From Thermoanaerobaculia bacterium (GTDB lineage Bacteria > Acidobacteriota > Thermoanaerobaculia > UBA5066 > Gp7-AA6), in the NCBI GenBank assembly GCA_036406835.1, contig DASXAG010000120.1:13520-77519 (forward strand): 64,000 bases of DNA. Reading direction: 5' to 3'. The position numbers were made by a program, and so were the translations under genes. The notes below the pieces were generated by a model, which saw nothing but the letters and a program-made list of their open reading frames with translations, did no database searches and was not told the origin of the DNA. This document shows positions 46,578 to 54,798 of the stretch, in pieces (within the stretch, counting starts at the first letter, position 1; the number at the start of each line of letters is the position of its first letter).

Positions 46578-46649
46578 TTGTCAGTTTTCAGTTCTCGGTT
46601 TTCGGTTCACATAACTGATAACTGATAACTGATAACTGATAACTGACGA
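46578..46649. repeat. mirror-symmetric heptad array: 4 x (nnTCrGT), 7-nt spacer, 5 x (TAACTGA)
   Basis: TCAGT or TCGGT at 46581, 46588, 46595, 46602. ACTGA at 46614, 46621, 46628, 46635, 46642. It exactly fills the gap between convergent stops at 46577 and 46650. Confidence 0.85.
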
Positions 46650-47162
46650 CTACTTCGGCGGCGCGAAGACCTGGTTCGAGTAGGGATTCGCCTTCGGCCG
46701 GACGATCACGAGGAAGTCGTAGTTGGTCGCCTGGTGGCAGGAGTTGCACCCGTCGGTGACGGTGTCGTAGGCCTTCCGGAACTCCGCCTTGTCCTTCTTC
46801 TCGATCGCCTTCGCGAGCTCGGAGAGCGGCTCCTTCACGATGGTGTCGACCGCCTCGTCGATCGGGACCGGCGACTCCTTGTGCGTCTTGTGGAATTGCA
46901 CGATCTCGTCGAAGCCGTCCTTGAGCTCGCCGAGCTCGTACGCGGCCAGCTTCCAGTTGCCGGCGTCGCCCGCGAACCAGAGCTTGATGTGGCGCATCTG
47001 CTGCTGGCCCATCATCGCGCCGAGGTCGGCGACGTAGGGCGTCGCCGCGGGCGCGGACGGCGGCGTCGCCACCGGCGAAGGACGCGGAGTCGCGGCGGGC
47101 GGCGCGGGCGCCTGGCCGCACGCGACGGCCAGCAGGATCGCGAGCGGGAGGGCGCGCCTCAT
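46650..47162 (-). CDS. lipoprotein with a C-terminal CxxCH motif (possible class II-like c-type cytochrome)
   Basis: MRRALPLAILLAVAC lipobox, helical body, and a single CNSCH near the C-terminus. The cytochrome call is tentative. Confidence 0.6.
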   Translation of the reverse strand: MRRALPLAILLAVACGQAPAPPAATPRPSPVATPPSAPAATPYVADLGAMMGQQQMRHIKLWFAGDAGNWKLAAYELGELKDGFDEIVQFHKTHKESPVPIDEAVDTIVKEPLSELAKAIEKKDKAEFRKAYDTVTDGCNSCHQATNYDFLVIVRPKANPYSNQVFAPPK

Positions 47163-47317
47163 GCCCGGATCATAACGGCAGGCGCCGGGCGAGTTGCGTT
47201 TCCGTCCGTCTTGTGAGATTCTTCGCGCTCTTCGAACCGCGAACGCAGCCCTGCCGGCAAGGTTTCGTTCCTCCCGAGACAAAGACAGCCGGAATCGACA
47301 TCCTCGAAGGAGGACCT

Positions 47318-48757
47318 GTGCCCTTCTCCCAATTCGGACTCCACCCCGATCTCCTGCGCGGCGTGCGCGAGATGGGGTTCACGCGCCCCACGCCCATCCA
47401 GTCGGACGCGATCCCGCCCGCTCTCGAGGGCCGCGATGTGCTCGCCTGCGCGATGACCGGCAGCGGCAAGACCGCCGCCTTCCTGCTCCCGATCTTTCAC
47501 CGCCTCTCCGGAAAGAGCCGCGGCGTCACCCGGGCTCTGATCCTGACCCCGACGCGAGAGCTTGCCGCCCAGATCGACGAGCACGCGCGGCAGCTCGCGG
47601 TCCACACGTCCCTGTCCGCGGCCGCGGTCTTCGGCGGCGTGGGCATGGGGCCGCAGGAGCACGCGTTCCGCAAGGGCGTCGACGTCATGATCGCGACGCC
47701 GGGCCGCCTCCTCGACCACTTCCGCTTCCCCTACGCGAGGCTCGAGGGCCTCGAGATCCTGGTGCTGGACGAGGCGGACCGCATGCTGGACATGGGCTTC
47801 CTCCCCGACATCCGGCGCGTGCTGAAGCACCTGCCCGCCCGTCGCCAGACGCTCTTCTTCTCCGCGACCATGCCCCCGCCGATCGTGCAGCTGACCCGCG
47901 AGATGCTGAAGAATCCCTTCACCGTCAACCTCGAGCGCAAGGCCGCTCCGGCCGTCGGCATCACCCAGGCGGTCTACCCGGTGGCGCAGAACCTCAAGGC
48001 GCCGCTCCTCCTCGAGCTCCTGAAGCGCGGCGACATCAAGAACGTGCTCGTGTTCACGCGCACCAAGCACAGGGCCAACCGGCTGGCGGAGCAGCTCTCC
48101 CGCAAGGGCGTCTCCTGCGAGCGCATCCACGGCAACCGCTCGCAGGCCCAACGGACCCAGGCCCTCGCCGGGTTCAAGGACGGCAAGTACCGCGTGCTCG
48201 TCGCGACCGACATCGCGGCGCGCGGCATCGACGTCGAGGCGCTGTCGCACGTCGTCAACTTCGACGTGCCCAACGTGCCCGAGGACTACATCCACCGCGT
48301 CGGACGGACGGCGCGCGCCGAGATGACCGGCGATGCGTTCACCTTCGTCTCGCCGGAGGAGCAGACCGATCTCGCCGCGATCGAGCGCGAGATCGGACGG
48401 CGTCTGCCCCGGATCACCGTGCCCGGGTTCGACTACACCTCGGCCCCGGCCGAGCGTTTCGAGATCCCGATCGGCGAGCGGATCGCGCAGATCCGCGCCC
48501 GCAAGGCCGAGGAGCGGAAGCGGGCCAAGGAGAAAGCCGATCGGCGCGCGTCGCACGAGGCGGCGCAGAAGGCGCGGGAGGCGGAGAAGGCCGCGCGGCG
48601 CCCGCACGGCCCGGCGCACCCGCGGCCGCTACACGCGCCGCGGCCCCAGGGTCCCGCGGCGACTCACTCACGCCCGCACGGACCGGCGCCGCACGCGGCC
48701 ACGCACGGTCACTCCCGCGGTGGAGTGGTCACGCCGTTCGGCCGGCGCAGCCGGTAA
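47318..48757 (+). CDS. rhlE: DEAD-box ATP-dependent RNA helicase with a basic C-terminal tail
   Basis: SD gaaggagga plus GTG. Q-motif FTRPTPIQ, AMTGSGKT, DEAD, SAT, HGNRSQ, ARGID, HRVGRTAR. Confidence 0.95.
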   Translation: MPFSQFGLHPDLLRGVREMGFTRPTPIQSDAIPPALEGRDVLACAMTGSGKTAAFLLPIFHRLSGKSRGVTRALILTPTRELAAQIDEHARQLAVHTSLSAAAVFGGVGMGPQEHAFRKGVDVMIATPGRLLDHFRFPYARLEGLEILVLDEADRMLDMGFLPDIRRVLKHLPARRQTLFFSATMPPPIVQLTREMLKNPFTVNLERKAAPAVGITQAVYPVAQNLKAPLLLELLKRGDIKNVLVFTRTKHRANRLAEQLSRKGVSCERIHGNRSQAQRTQALAGFKDGKYRVLVATDIAARGIDVEALSHVVNFDVPNVPEDYIHRVGRTARAEMTGDAFTFVSPEEQTDLAAIEREIGRRLPRITVPGFDYTSAPAERFEIPIGERIAQIRARKAEERKRAKEKADRRASHEAAQKAREAEKAARRPHGPAHPRPLHAPRPQGPAATHSRPHGPAPHAATHGHSRGGVVTPFGRRSR

Positions 48758-50647
48758 TCACTTGCCCGCGGCGCCGTAGACCGGCAGGGTGCCGGTGGCG
48801 GCCGCGGCGGGTCGGACGGGCGGAGCGGCCGGAGCCGCGGGCAGCGGCGGCGTGACGGGGACCGTCTGGCCGGGAAGGACCGGCAGCGGGACGTGCCGCC
48901 CACGCGCGTAGACCTCGTGCCGCCCGTTCGTCTTGTACCACTCGGCGAGCGACGCGGTCTGGAACATCTCCTCGATGATCTTCCGCCACCCCACGCCCGT
49001 GTTGTACGCGCAGAAGGAGATCTCCCCCATCTGGGTGGCGTACGGGATGATGCACATCTCGGTCCGGCGGAAGTCGTAGTTGAAGAGATCCTGGAACCAC
49101 ATGCCGCCGATGAAGAAGACCCGCCACGGATAACGCCGCTGCTCGGCGAAGCCCAGCTTCCCGCCGGTGTGACCGTCCATGATCTTCGCGAGCTTCCACG
49201 GGGAGAGGCCCGCGGGGATTCCGTCGGGCCGCAGGTTGCGCAGCAGCGCGAGGGCCACCTGGAGCGCCGTCCACGTCTTCTTGCGCGCGGAGTCGGTGAT
49301 CGAGCGGATGTCCGTGAGCAGACGATCCACGTTCAGGATCTGCGGCACCGTGACCGCCCGGCCCGTCTTCTCCTCGACCAGCATCATCGTGCCGATGCCG
49401 CAGTTGGGATGGCATCCGCACTTGAACGAGCCCCACTCCGACTCGAGGCCCCCGAGCAGGTCCTTGAGGTCCGAGAAGGGACCCGAGGCCGAGAGCGGAT
49501 ACCAGTCGCGCATCGGCTCGCCGATCCCCGCCTGCTCCTTCACGTCGTGCGCGAGGTGCGACAGCGTGTAGCGCTGCTTCCGGCGGGTCTCGTCGTCGAT
49601 GTCCTCGTCGCGACCCGTGAAGGAGACCGGCTGGAACGCGACGGCCGTGACCTTGTCGATGTTCTCGAGGCCGAAGCGGATGATGTCGCCCACCTGGTCG
49701 TTGTTGACGCCGTTGACGATCGTCACGACCAGCGTCACGTCCACGCCGTGCTTGTGCAGGTTCTGGATCGCCCGCAGCTTGACGTCGTAGAGGTTGCCGA
49801 CCTTGCGGTGCTGGTTGTGCTCGTTGCCGACGCCGTCGAACTGGAGATAGGCGAAGCGCAGGCCCGCCTCGCCGGCCTGGCGCGCGAAGTCCTCGTCCTG
49901 GGCGAAGCGGATCCCGTTGGTCGCGCACTGCACCGAGAAGTAGCCGAGCTGGCGCGCGTAGCGCACCGCCTCGAGGAAGTGCGGCGAGAGCGTCGGCTCT
50001 CCGCCCGAGAACTGCACCGAGAGCTGGCGCCGCGGCTTGATCGACGCGGCGTCGTCCAGGAGCTTCTTGACCTCTTCCCACTCGAGCTCGTGGACGTAAC
50101 CGACCTGGTTGGCGTCCATGAAGCACGGGTTGCACATCATGTTGCAGCGGTTGGTGAGGTCGATCGTGAGCACCGCGCCCCGCCCGTACTTGATCGACGA
50201 GTTGCCGTGCTCGTGGAGGCCGTCCTTGGGAATCACGAAGTCGCGGCCCGGATACATCGACTCGAGCCGCTTGAAGAAGGCGGGGTCCGTGGACATCACG
50301 TCCTCGAAGCTCCCGTGCTTCGGGCAGTCCTTCCGCATCAGGATCCGGCCGTCGTCCTCGACGATCGACGCCCGGATCTCGCCGGGGTTGCCCTCGATGA
50401 GGACCTTCCAGTCCACCTCGCCGGAGAGAATCTGCGCGCGGACTTCGGAGACGCAGCGCGGGCAGAGCGAATCGGTCTGACGCGGGAACCCGAGCGGCGG
50501 GAAGCTCTTCTCGCGTTGCTTCAGGAGCGGCGACGGCGCCCACTTCGGCTGGAAGGAACCCTCGCGGAAGCGGCGATCGACGGCGCGCGTCAGCGACCAG
50601 AGGGGCTCCGCCACTCGCTGGATCCCGGCGTAAATTGCTCGTCTCAT
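48758..50647 (-). CDS. radical SAM protein with a rubredoxin-like N-terminal site and extra Cys cluster; tetraether lipid synthase (Tes/GDGT-MAS)-like architecture
   Basis: CPRC...CPKHG (N-terminal), CNMMCNPC (CxxxCxxC), GGEPTL, FKCGCHPNCG (auxiliary Cys motif), Pro/Ala-rich tail. The radical SAM call is firm. The Tes-family call rests on remembered architecture only. Confidence 0.85.
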   Translation of the reverse strand: MRRAIYAGIQRVAEPLWSLTRAVDRRFREGSFQPKWAPSPLLKQREKSFPPLGFPRQTDSLCPRCVSEVRAQILSGEVDWKVLIEGNPGEIRASIVEDDGRILMRKDCPKHGSFEDVMSTDPAFFKRLESMYPGRDFVIPKDGLHEHGNSSIKYGRGAVLTIDLTNRCNMMCNPCFMDANQVGYVHELEWEEVKKLLDDAASIKPRRQLSVQFSGGEPTLSPHFLEAVRYARQLGYFSVQCATNGIRFAQDEDFARQAGEAGLRFAYLQFDGVGNEHNQHRKVGNLYDVKLRAIQNLHKHGVDVTLVVTIVNGVNNDQVGDIIRFGLENIDKVTAVAFQPVSFTGRDEDIDDETRRKQRYTLSHLAHDVKEQAGIGEPMRDWYPLSASGPFSDLKDLLGGLESEWGSFKCGCHPNCGIGTMMLVEEKTGRAVTVPQILNVDRLLTDIRSITDSARKKTWTALQVALALLRNLRPDGIPAGLSPWKLAKIMDGHTGGKLGFAEQRRYPWRVFFIGGMWFQDLFNYDFRRTEMCIIPYATQMGEISFCAYNTGVGWRKIIEEMFQTASLAEWYKTNGRHEVYARGRHVPLPVLPGQTVPVTPPLPAAPAAPPVRPAAAATGTLPVYGAAGK

Positions 50648-50672
50648 TTGCTTGCGTCGATTCTACTTGAAA

Positions 50673-51824
50673 TCACGAATAGGCGGCGGAGCCGCCCCGC
50701 CCGGCTGGAGTCGCGGACTCGGAGAAACGCGCGATCGAGAAGGCGGAGAGATCGCGCGTCCGGCCTTCGGTCAGCTGGTCCGCCATCACCATCGCCGTGA
50801 TTGGAGCAAGGAGAATGCCGTTTCGGAAGTGTCCCGTCGCGAGGGCAAGACCCGGGACTCCGGACTCGCCCAGCACCGGGAACCCGTCGGGCGTCCCGGG
50901 GCGCAGGCCGGACCAGGCCGAGACGAACTGTGCGGATTTCAGCTCGGGCACGAGCGCGACGGCGCCGGCGATCAGCCGCTCGATCGCCTCCGCGGTCACC
51001 GCCTTCCGGAATCCCACGAGCTCGACCGTCGAGCCGACCACTACCGTTCCGTCGGGCCGCGGGACGCAATAGACCTCATCCGAGCACACCATCGTCCTCA
51101 AAGGCGGTCCCTCGACCCGCAGCCGCACCATCTGTCCACGGACGGGATGGACCGGAATCGGGACCGGGCCGCTCGGGTCGAACGCCGCCCACGCGCCGGC
51201 GCAGTCGACCGTGGCGGCGGCCGTGAAGTCGCCGGCGTCGGTCTCGACCCCGACACAGACGCCCTGCTGGATCCGGAAGCGCCGCGCGCAGACCCCCGCG
51301 CGCACGCGCACGCCTCGCCGCTGGGCGGAAAGCCAGGCGGCGCGCGAGAGGACGGGCGGATCGACCGCGGCCTCGTCCGGGAAGAACACGGCGCCGCGCA
51401 CGTCCCGCGAGAGGCGTCCGTCGAGCTCGCCGGCGAGCGCCGCCGCGGTCCGCTCCTCGACGGAGAGCCCCGCGCGCCGCTGCCAGAGGTAGGAGTCGAA
51501 GAGCGCCGCTCCCGCGGCGTCGAAGACGCACCGCAGGAGGCCGTACCGCCGGTAGCCCACGTCGAGACCGGTCTCCTCGAGGAGCGCGGCGGCCCACGCG
51601 GGATAGAGCCCGCGGCTCTCGAGCGACAGCGCGAAGAACTCCGAGTCCTGCCGGGCCTCGGCCTGCGGCGACAGCATCCCCGCCGCCGCCGCCGAGGCCT
51701 CGCCGCCAGGCTCCCCGCGCTCGAGCACGGTGACGCGCTGTCCGCGCGCGGCCAGCTCGGCGGCCAGCGCGCAACCGATCAGGCCGCCGCCCACGATCAC
51801 GGTGTCGTCGGGGCTTCCGCTCAA
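50673..51824 (-). CDS. FAD-dependent oxidoreductase, glycine oxidase (ThiO)/DAO family
   Basis: [41 protein letters not shown] start. Lies 25 nt upstream of the radical SAM gene on the same strand. Confidence 0.85.
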   Translation of the reverse strand: MSGSPDDTVIVGGGLIGCALAAELAARGQRVTVLERGEPGGEASAAAAGMLSPQAEARQDSEFFALSLESRGLYPAWAAALLEETGLDVGYRRYGLLRCVFDAAGAALFDSYLWQRRAGLSVEERTAAALAGELDGRLSRDVRGAVFFPDEAAVDPPVLSRAAWLSAQRRGVRVRAGVCARRFRIQQGVCVGVETDAGDFTAAATVDCAGAWAAFDPSGPVPIPVHPVRGQMVRLRVEGPPLRTMVCSDEVYCVPRPDGTVVVGSTVELVGFRKAVTAEAIERLIAGAVALVPELKSAQFVSAWSGLRPGTPDGFPVLGESGVPGLALATGHFRNGILLAPITAMVMADQLTEGRTRDLSAFSIARFSESATPAGRGGSAAYS

Positions 51825-51836
51825 GCGCTCAAGACC

Positions 51837-52364
51837 TCACCAGGATGGGCGCCGCCGGAGAAACGACCCTCGCGCCGCGAAGACGTCCCGCGCCAGGTTC
51901 CCCACGGCCATCGCCATCGCGTAGGCGAGGGCCCCGCCCGCGAGGCCGCCCACGACCGCACGCGCGCCGGGGCGCTGCGACAGCGTCCGGGACAGGAGCG
52001 CCACGATGCCCCGGCGCAGCGAGTCGGCCGCGAGGCCGGCGCCGACGCCCGTCGCGATCCCGGCGATCCGGTCCTTGCCGGAGGAGTCGCTGCGGTAGAC
52101 GGCCGCGAGCGCCAGGATCAAGCGGTTGAGCGTGACGACCTGGAAGCCGAGATCGGGCCCCAGGGGCATCGAGCCGAAGAACGACGCCGGTCCGGACCAG
52201 GCGACGGCCGCGGCGCCGCACTGCCACGCGGCGGACCGGATCAAGCGGGAGGCGAGCTCGTCGCGGGAGGCGCGCGGGTGGCGGCGCTTGAGCCGCTCGA
52301 CCCGCTCCGCCACGGCGGCTCCGTGCCTCTCGTCGAGCACCGCGCGCGCCAGGGCGGCGTACAT
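51837..52364 (-). CDS. hypothetical protein (possibly EcsC-family)
   Basis: 175-aa ORF with plausible composition. Stop lies 12 nt before the oxidoreductase start. Family assignment is weak. Confidence 0.5.
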   Translation of the reverse strand: MYAALARAVLDERHGAAVAERVERLKRRHPRASRDELASRLIRSAAWQCGAAAVAWSGPASFFGSMPLGPDLGFQVVTLNRLILALAAVYRSDSSGKDRIAGIATGVGAGLAADSLRRGIVALLSRTLSQRPGARAVVGGLAGGALAYAMAMAVGNLARDVFAARGSFLRRRPSW

Positions 52365-52445
52365 GGAGGGATGGTATCAACTCCCCGGGCCGCAAACCGG
52401 CGTGCTATCGTTCGCGCTTTGCAAACGGTCTCGAAAGGAGTCCAA

Positions 52446-53048
52446 GTGAGAATGCGAACGATTGCGGCTCTGATGCTGGCCTGCGCGCTTCCCCTCGTGG
52501 CGGCGCAGGCGGCGGGAAAGGGGAAGAAAGTGGCCCGCGACTACGCCAATACGATCGCCACCCTGCAGACGGACATGGGCGACATCCAGATCAAGTTCTT
52601 CTACGACAAGGCTCCCAAGCACGTGGAGAACTTCGTGGACCTGGCCTCCAAGGGCTTCTACGACGGCACCCTCTTCCACCGCGTCATCCCGGGTTTCATG
52701 ATCCAGGGCGGCGATCCGAACACGAAGAAGCCCGAGGATCCCATGCACCCCTACGGCACCGGCGGCAGCGAAACCAAGCTCAAGGCCGAGTTCAACGACA
52801 CGCCCCACAAGCGCGGGATCGTGTCCATGGCGCGCTCGTCGGACCCCAACTCCGCGTCCTCGCAGTTCTTCATCGTGGTCAAGGACTCCAACTTTCTCGA
52901 CGGGCAGTACACCGCCTTCGGCGAGGTGATCTCGGGCATGGAGAGCGCCGACAAGATCGCCGCGGTGCCGCGCGGCGCGAACGATCGTCCGAACACGCCG
53001 GTCCACATCAAGAAGGTCCTCCTCTCGCAGGCGAAGAGCCAGAGCTGA
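52446..53048 (+). CDS. peptidyl-prolyl cis-trans isomerase (cyclophilin type), secreted
   Basis: SD aaggag, GTG 52446 (ATG 52452 alternative). FHRVIPGFMIQGGDP, SMARSSDPNSASSQFFI. Confidence 0.95.
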   Translation: MRMRTIAALMLACALPLVAAQAAGKGKKVARDYANTIATLQTDMGDIQIKFFYDKAPKHVENFVDLASKGFYDGTLFHRVIPGFMIQGGDPNTKKPEDPMHPYGTGGSETKLKAEFNDTPHKRGIVSMARSSDPNSASSQFFIVVKDSNFLDGQYTAFGEVISGMESADKIAAVPRGANDRPNTPVHIKKVLLSQAKSQS

Positions 53049-53144
53049 CCTGAGGACGCCGCCGTCACGATCCCTCCCGGCCTCGAGGAGCTCGTCGGTC
53101 GTTCGGGCCACGCTCCCGCGCGGGTCGAGCCCCTCGCCGGCGAC

Positions 53145-54032
53145 GTGGGCCGGCGGCGTTACTTCCGCATTCGCTTTGCCGACAACCGCTCGGCGGTCGG
53201 CGTCGTCTATCCCGCGGAGGAGGATGACTCCCGGCGCCGCTGGATGGCGGCTCACGAGCGGCTTCGGCCGAGCGTGCGCGTGCCGGCGTTGATCGCCGAC
53301 GACGGCCGGGGAAACCAGATCGTGGAGGACCTCGGCGTCGCCGACCTCGCCTCGAACCTCACGGCGTCGCCGGAGCGGCGCGAGAGCTGGCTCACGCGCG
53401 CCGCGGATGCGGCCGCCTCGATCGCGGCGATTCCGGATCCCGGGATCAACCCGGCGTTCGACGCGGCGCTCTTCCGCCGCGAGCTCGAGCTCGCACGCGA
53501 GGCTGTCTTCGATCTGTGGCTCGGCTCGCCGCTGACTCCCGCCGAGCGCGCCGCGCACGACGCGTGGGCGGATGCTCTCGTGGCCGAGATCCTCGAGCAT
53601 CCGGCGGCGCTCTGTCACCGCGACTTTCACGCGAACAATCTCTTCGCGCTTCGCGGCGTCGACGACGTCGCCATCATCGACTTCCAGGACCTGCGCCGCG
53701 GTCCCGACGCGTACGACCTCGCCTCGCTCCTCTGGGAGCGGACGACGCTCGCCTGGATGACCGAGGAGACCGCCGGGCGGATCGTCGAGCGCTTCGCGGC
53801 GCGGCGCGGCATCGAGGCGGCCGGGCTCTCGGCCCGGCTCCGACGGGTGCTCCTCCAGCGCGCCTGGAAGGTCTGCGGCACCTTCGCCCGGGCCGTGGTC
53901 CAGGGGCGGGGGACGGCCTACCTCGGATACCTGCCGCCCGAGCTCGCCCTGGTCCGCCGGCTGCTGTCTAACTCCCCGCCCGACCGCGACTTTGGTGCCG
54001 TTCTCACAGCCCGGACCGCCGCGGTCTGCTAA
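53145..54032 (+). CDS. aminoglycoside-phosphotransferase-fold kinase (AmgK-like sugar kinase family); true start probably upstream
   Basis: RRRYFRIRF, LCHRDFHANNL, IIDFQD. The in-frame 96 nt upstream (IPPGLEELVGRSGHAPARVEPLAGD) looks like genuine N-terminus but contains no ATG/GTG/TTG. Confidence 0.8.
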   Translation: MGRRRYFRIRFADNRSAVGVVYPAEEDDSRRRWMAAHERLRPSVRVPALIADDGRGNQIVEDLGVADLASNLTASPERRESWLTRAADAAASIAAIPDPGINPAFDAALFRRELELAREAVFDLWLGSPLTPAERAAHDAWADALVAEILEHPAALCHRDFHANNLFALRGVDDVAIIDFQDLRRGPDAYDLASLLWERTTLAWMTEETAGRIVERFAARRGIEAAGLSARLRRVLLQRAWKVCGTFARAVVQGRGTAYLGYLPPELALVRRLLSNSPPDRDFGAVLTARTAAVC

Positions 54033-54071
54033 GCTGATCCCTGAGGAATTGGGGGCTCAAGGAGGACTACG

Positions 54072-54248
54072 ATGTTCGGCTCGCTCGGATTACCGGAACT
54101 TCTCGTCATCCTGTTGATCGTCCTGATCATCTTCGGGGCGAACAAGCTCCCGCAGCTGGGCAAGGGGCTCGGCCAGGGAATGCGGAACTTCAAGGACTCG
54201 ATCAAAGACGGTCAGGAGCCGCCGCCGGCGGACAAGCCGAAGCAGTAG
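54072..54248 (+). CDS. tatA: twin-arginine translocase subunit TatA/E
   Basis: Own translation: [58 protein letters not shown] (58 aa, below the track cutoff). SD aaggagga. Confidence 0.9.
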   Translation: MFGSLGLPELLVILLIVLIIFGANKLPQLGKGLGQGMRNFKDSIKDGQEPPPADKPKQ

Positions 54249-54303
54249 TTTTCAGTTTTCAGTCGTCAGCTTTCAGAACTGAGAACTGACGACTGATTAC
54301 TGA
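54249..54303. repeat. mirror-symmetric heptad array: 4 x (nnTCAGn) abutting 4 x (ACTGAnn)
   Basis: TCAG cores at 54252, 54259, 54266, 54273. ACTGA at 54278, 54285, 54292, 54299. An 11-bp perfect stem pairs tcagtcgtcag (54259-54269) with ctgacgactga (54286-54296). It exactly fills the gap between the tatA stop and the convergent stop at 54304. Confidence 0.85.
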
Positions 54304-54579
54304 TCACTTCTTCTTGGCGATCTCCGGCGCCACGCGCATCTTCTCGCGCGGCAGTCGGATGTTGAGGATGCCGACCTTGTTGCGCAGCGTGTTTCGATGG
54401 ATGCCGAGCGAGCTCGCCGCGCGCCCGAGGTTTCCGGAAGATCGCTTCACCGCGCCGACGATGTACTTCTTCTCGAATTCCTTCTTGGCGAGGTCGAGCG
54501 AGATCCCGTGGGCCAGAAGCTCATCGATGACTTCCTGGAGCTGTCCATCCAGATTCACGTGCCCCTCCCCGAAAATCAA
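54304..54579 (-). CDS. Fis-family helix-turn-helix DNA-binding protein
   Basis: C-terminal GNLGRAASSLGIHRNTLRNK Fis-type HTH. 91 aa (a GTG 7 codons in is an alternative start). Confidence 0.8.
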   Translation of the reverse strand: MIFGEGHVNLDGQLQEVIDELLAHGISLDLAKKEFEKKYIVGAVKRSSGNLGRAASSLGIHRNTLRNKVGILNIRLPREKMRVAPEIAKKK

Positions 54580-54626
54580 CGAATGCGAAGCGAAGAGGCG
54601 CGCATCTTAGCAAACGGAGAAGAAGC

Positions 54627-54696
54627 TGTCAGCTATCCGCTCTCGGCTTTCGACGTCGGACTTTCATCCGGCGGAGAGCGGACAGCGGAAAGCGGA
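54627..54696. repeat. heptad array with a GC-rich core: about 6 x (nnTCssC), then 4 x (nAGCGGA)
   Basis: Units tgtcagc, tatccgc, tctcggc, tttcgac, gtcggac, tttcatc, then GCGGA at 54671, 54678, 54685, 54692. ccgctctc (54637-54644) can pair with gagagcgg (54675-54682). Confidence 0.55.
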
Positions 54697-54741
54697 GAGC
54701 TCCTGCGTTTTCATGCCAACCGTCGCGATCGCGTCGAGCTG

Positions 54742-54780
54742 AAAAAAAGAAGAGGCGCCGAGCGCCTCTCCTGATTTTTT
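54742..54780. terminator. bidirectional intrinsic terminator
   Basis: aaaaaaa, then agaggcgc-cga-gcgcctct, then ctgatttttt. The A-run and T-run flank an 8-bp GC stem, just downstream of the stop at 54799 (minus). Confidence 0.7.
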
Positions 54781-54798
54781 CTGGATTGGGATTCGCGT

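Noticed and set aside
46578-46649. Possibility that the short tandem repeats are a CRISPR array or microsatellite noise.
   Set aside because: The units are 7 nt with no spacers, so this is not a CRISPR. The mirrored two-arm design, repeated at three loci that fit stop-to-stop gaps exactly, argues against random microsatellite expansion.
53046-53048. TGA between the cyclophilin and the in-frame kinase as selenocysteine or programmed read-through.
   Set aside because: In-frame placement has a one-in-three chance. I see no SECIS-like hairpin immediately downstream, and a PPIase-kinase fusion has no precedent that I know of. I kept it only as a start-codon puzzle.
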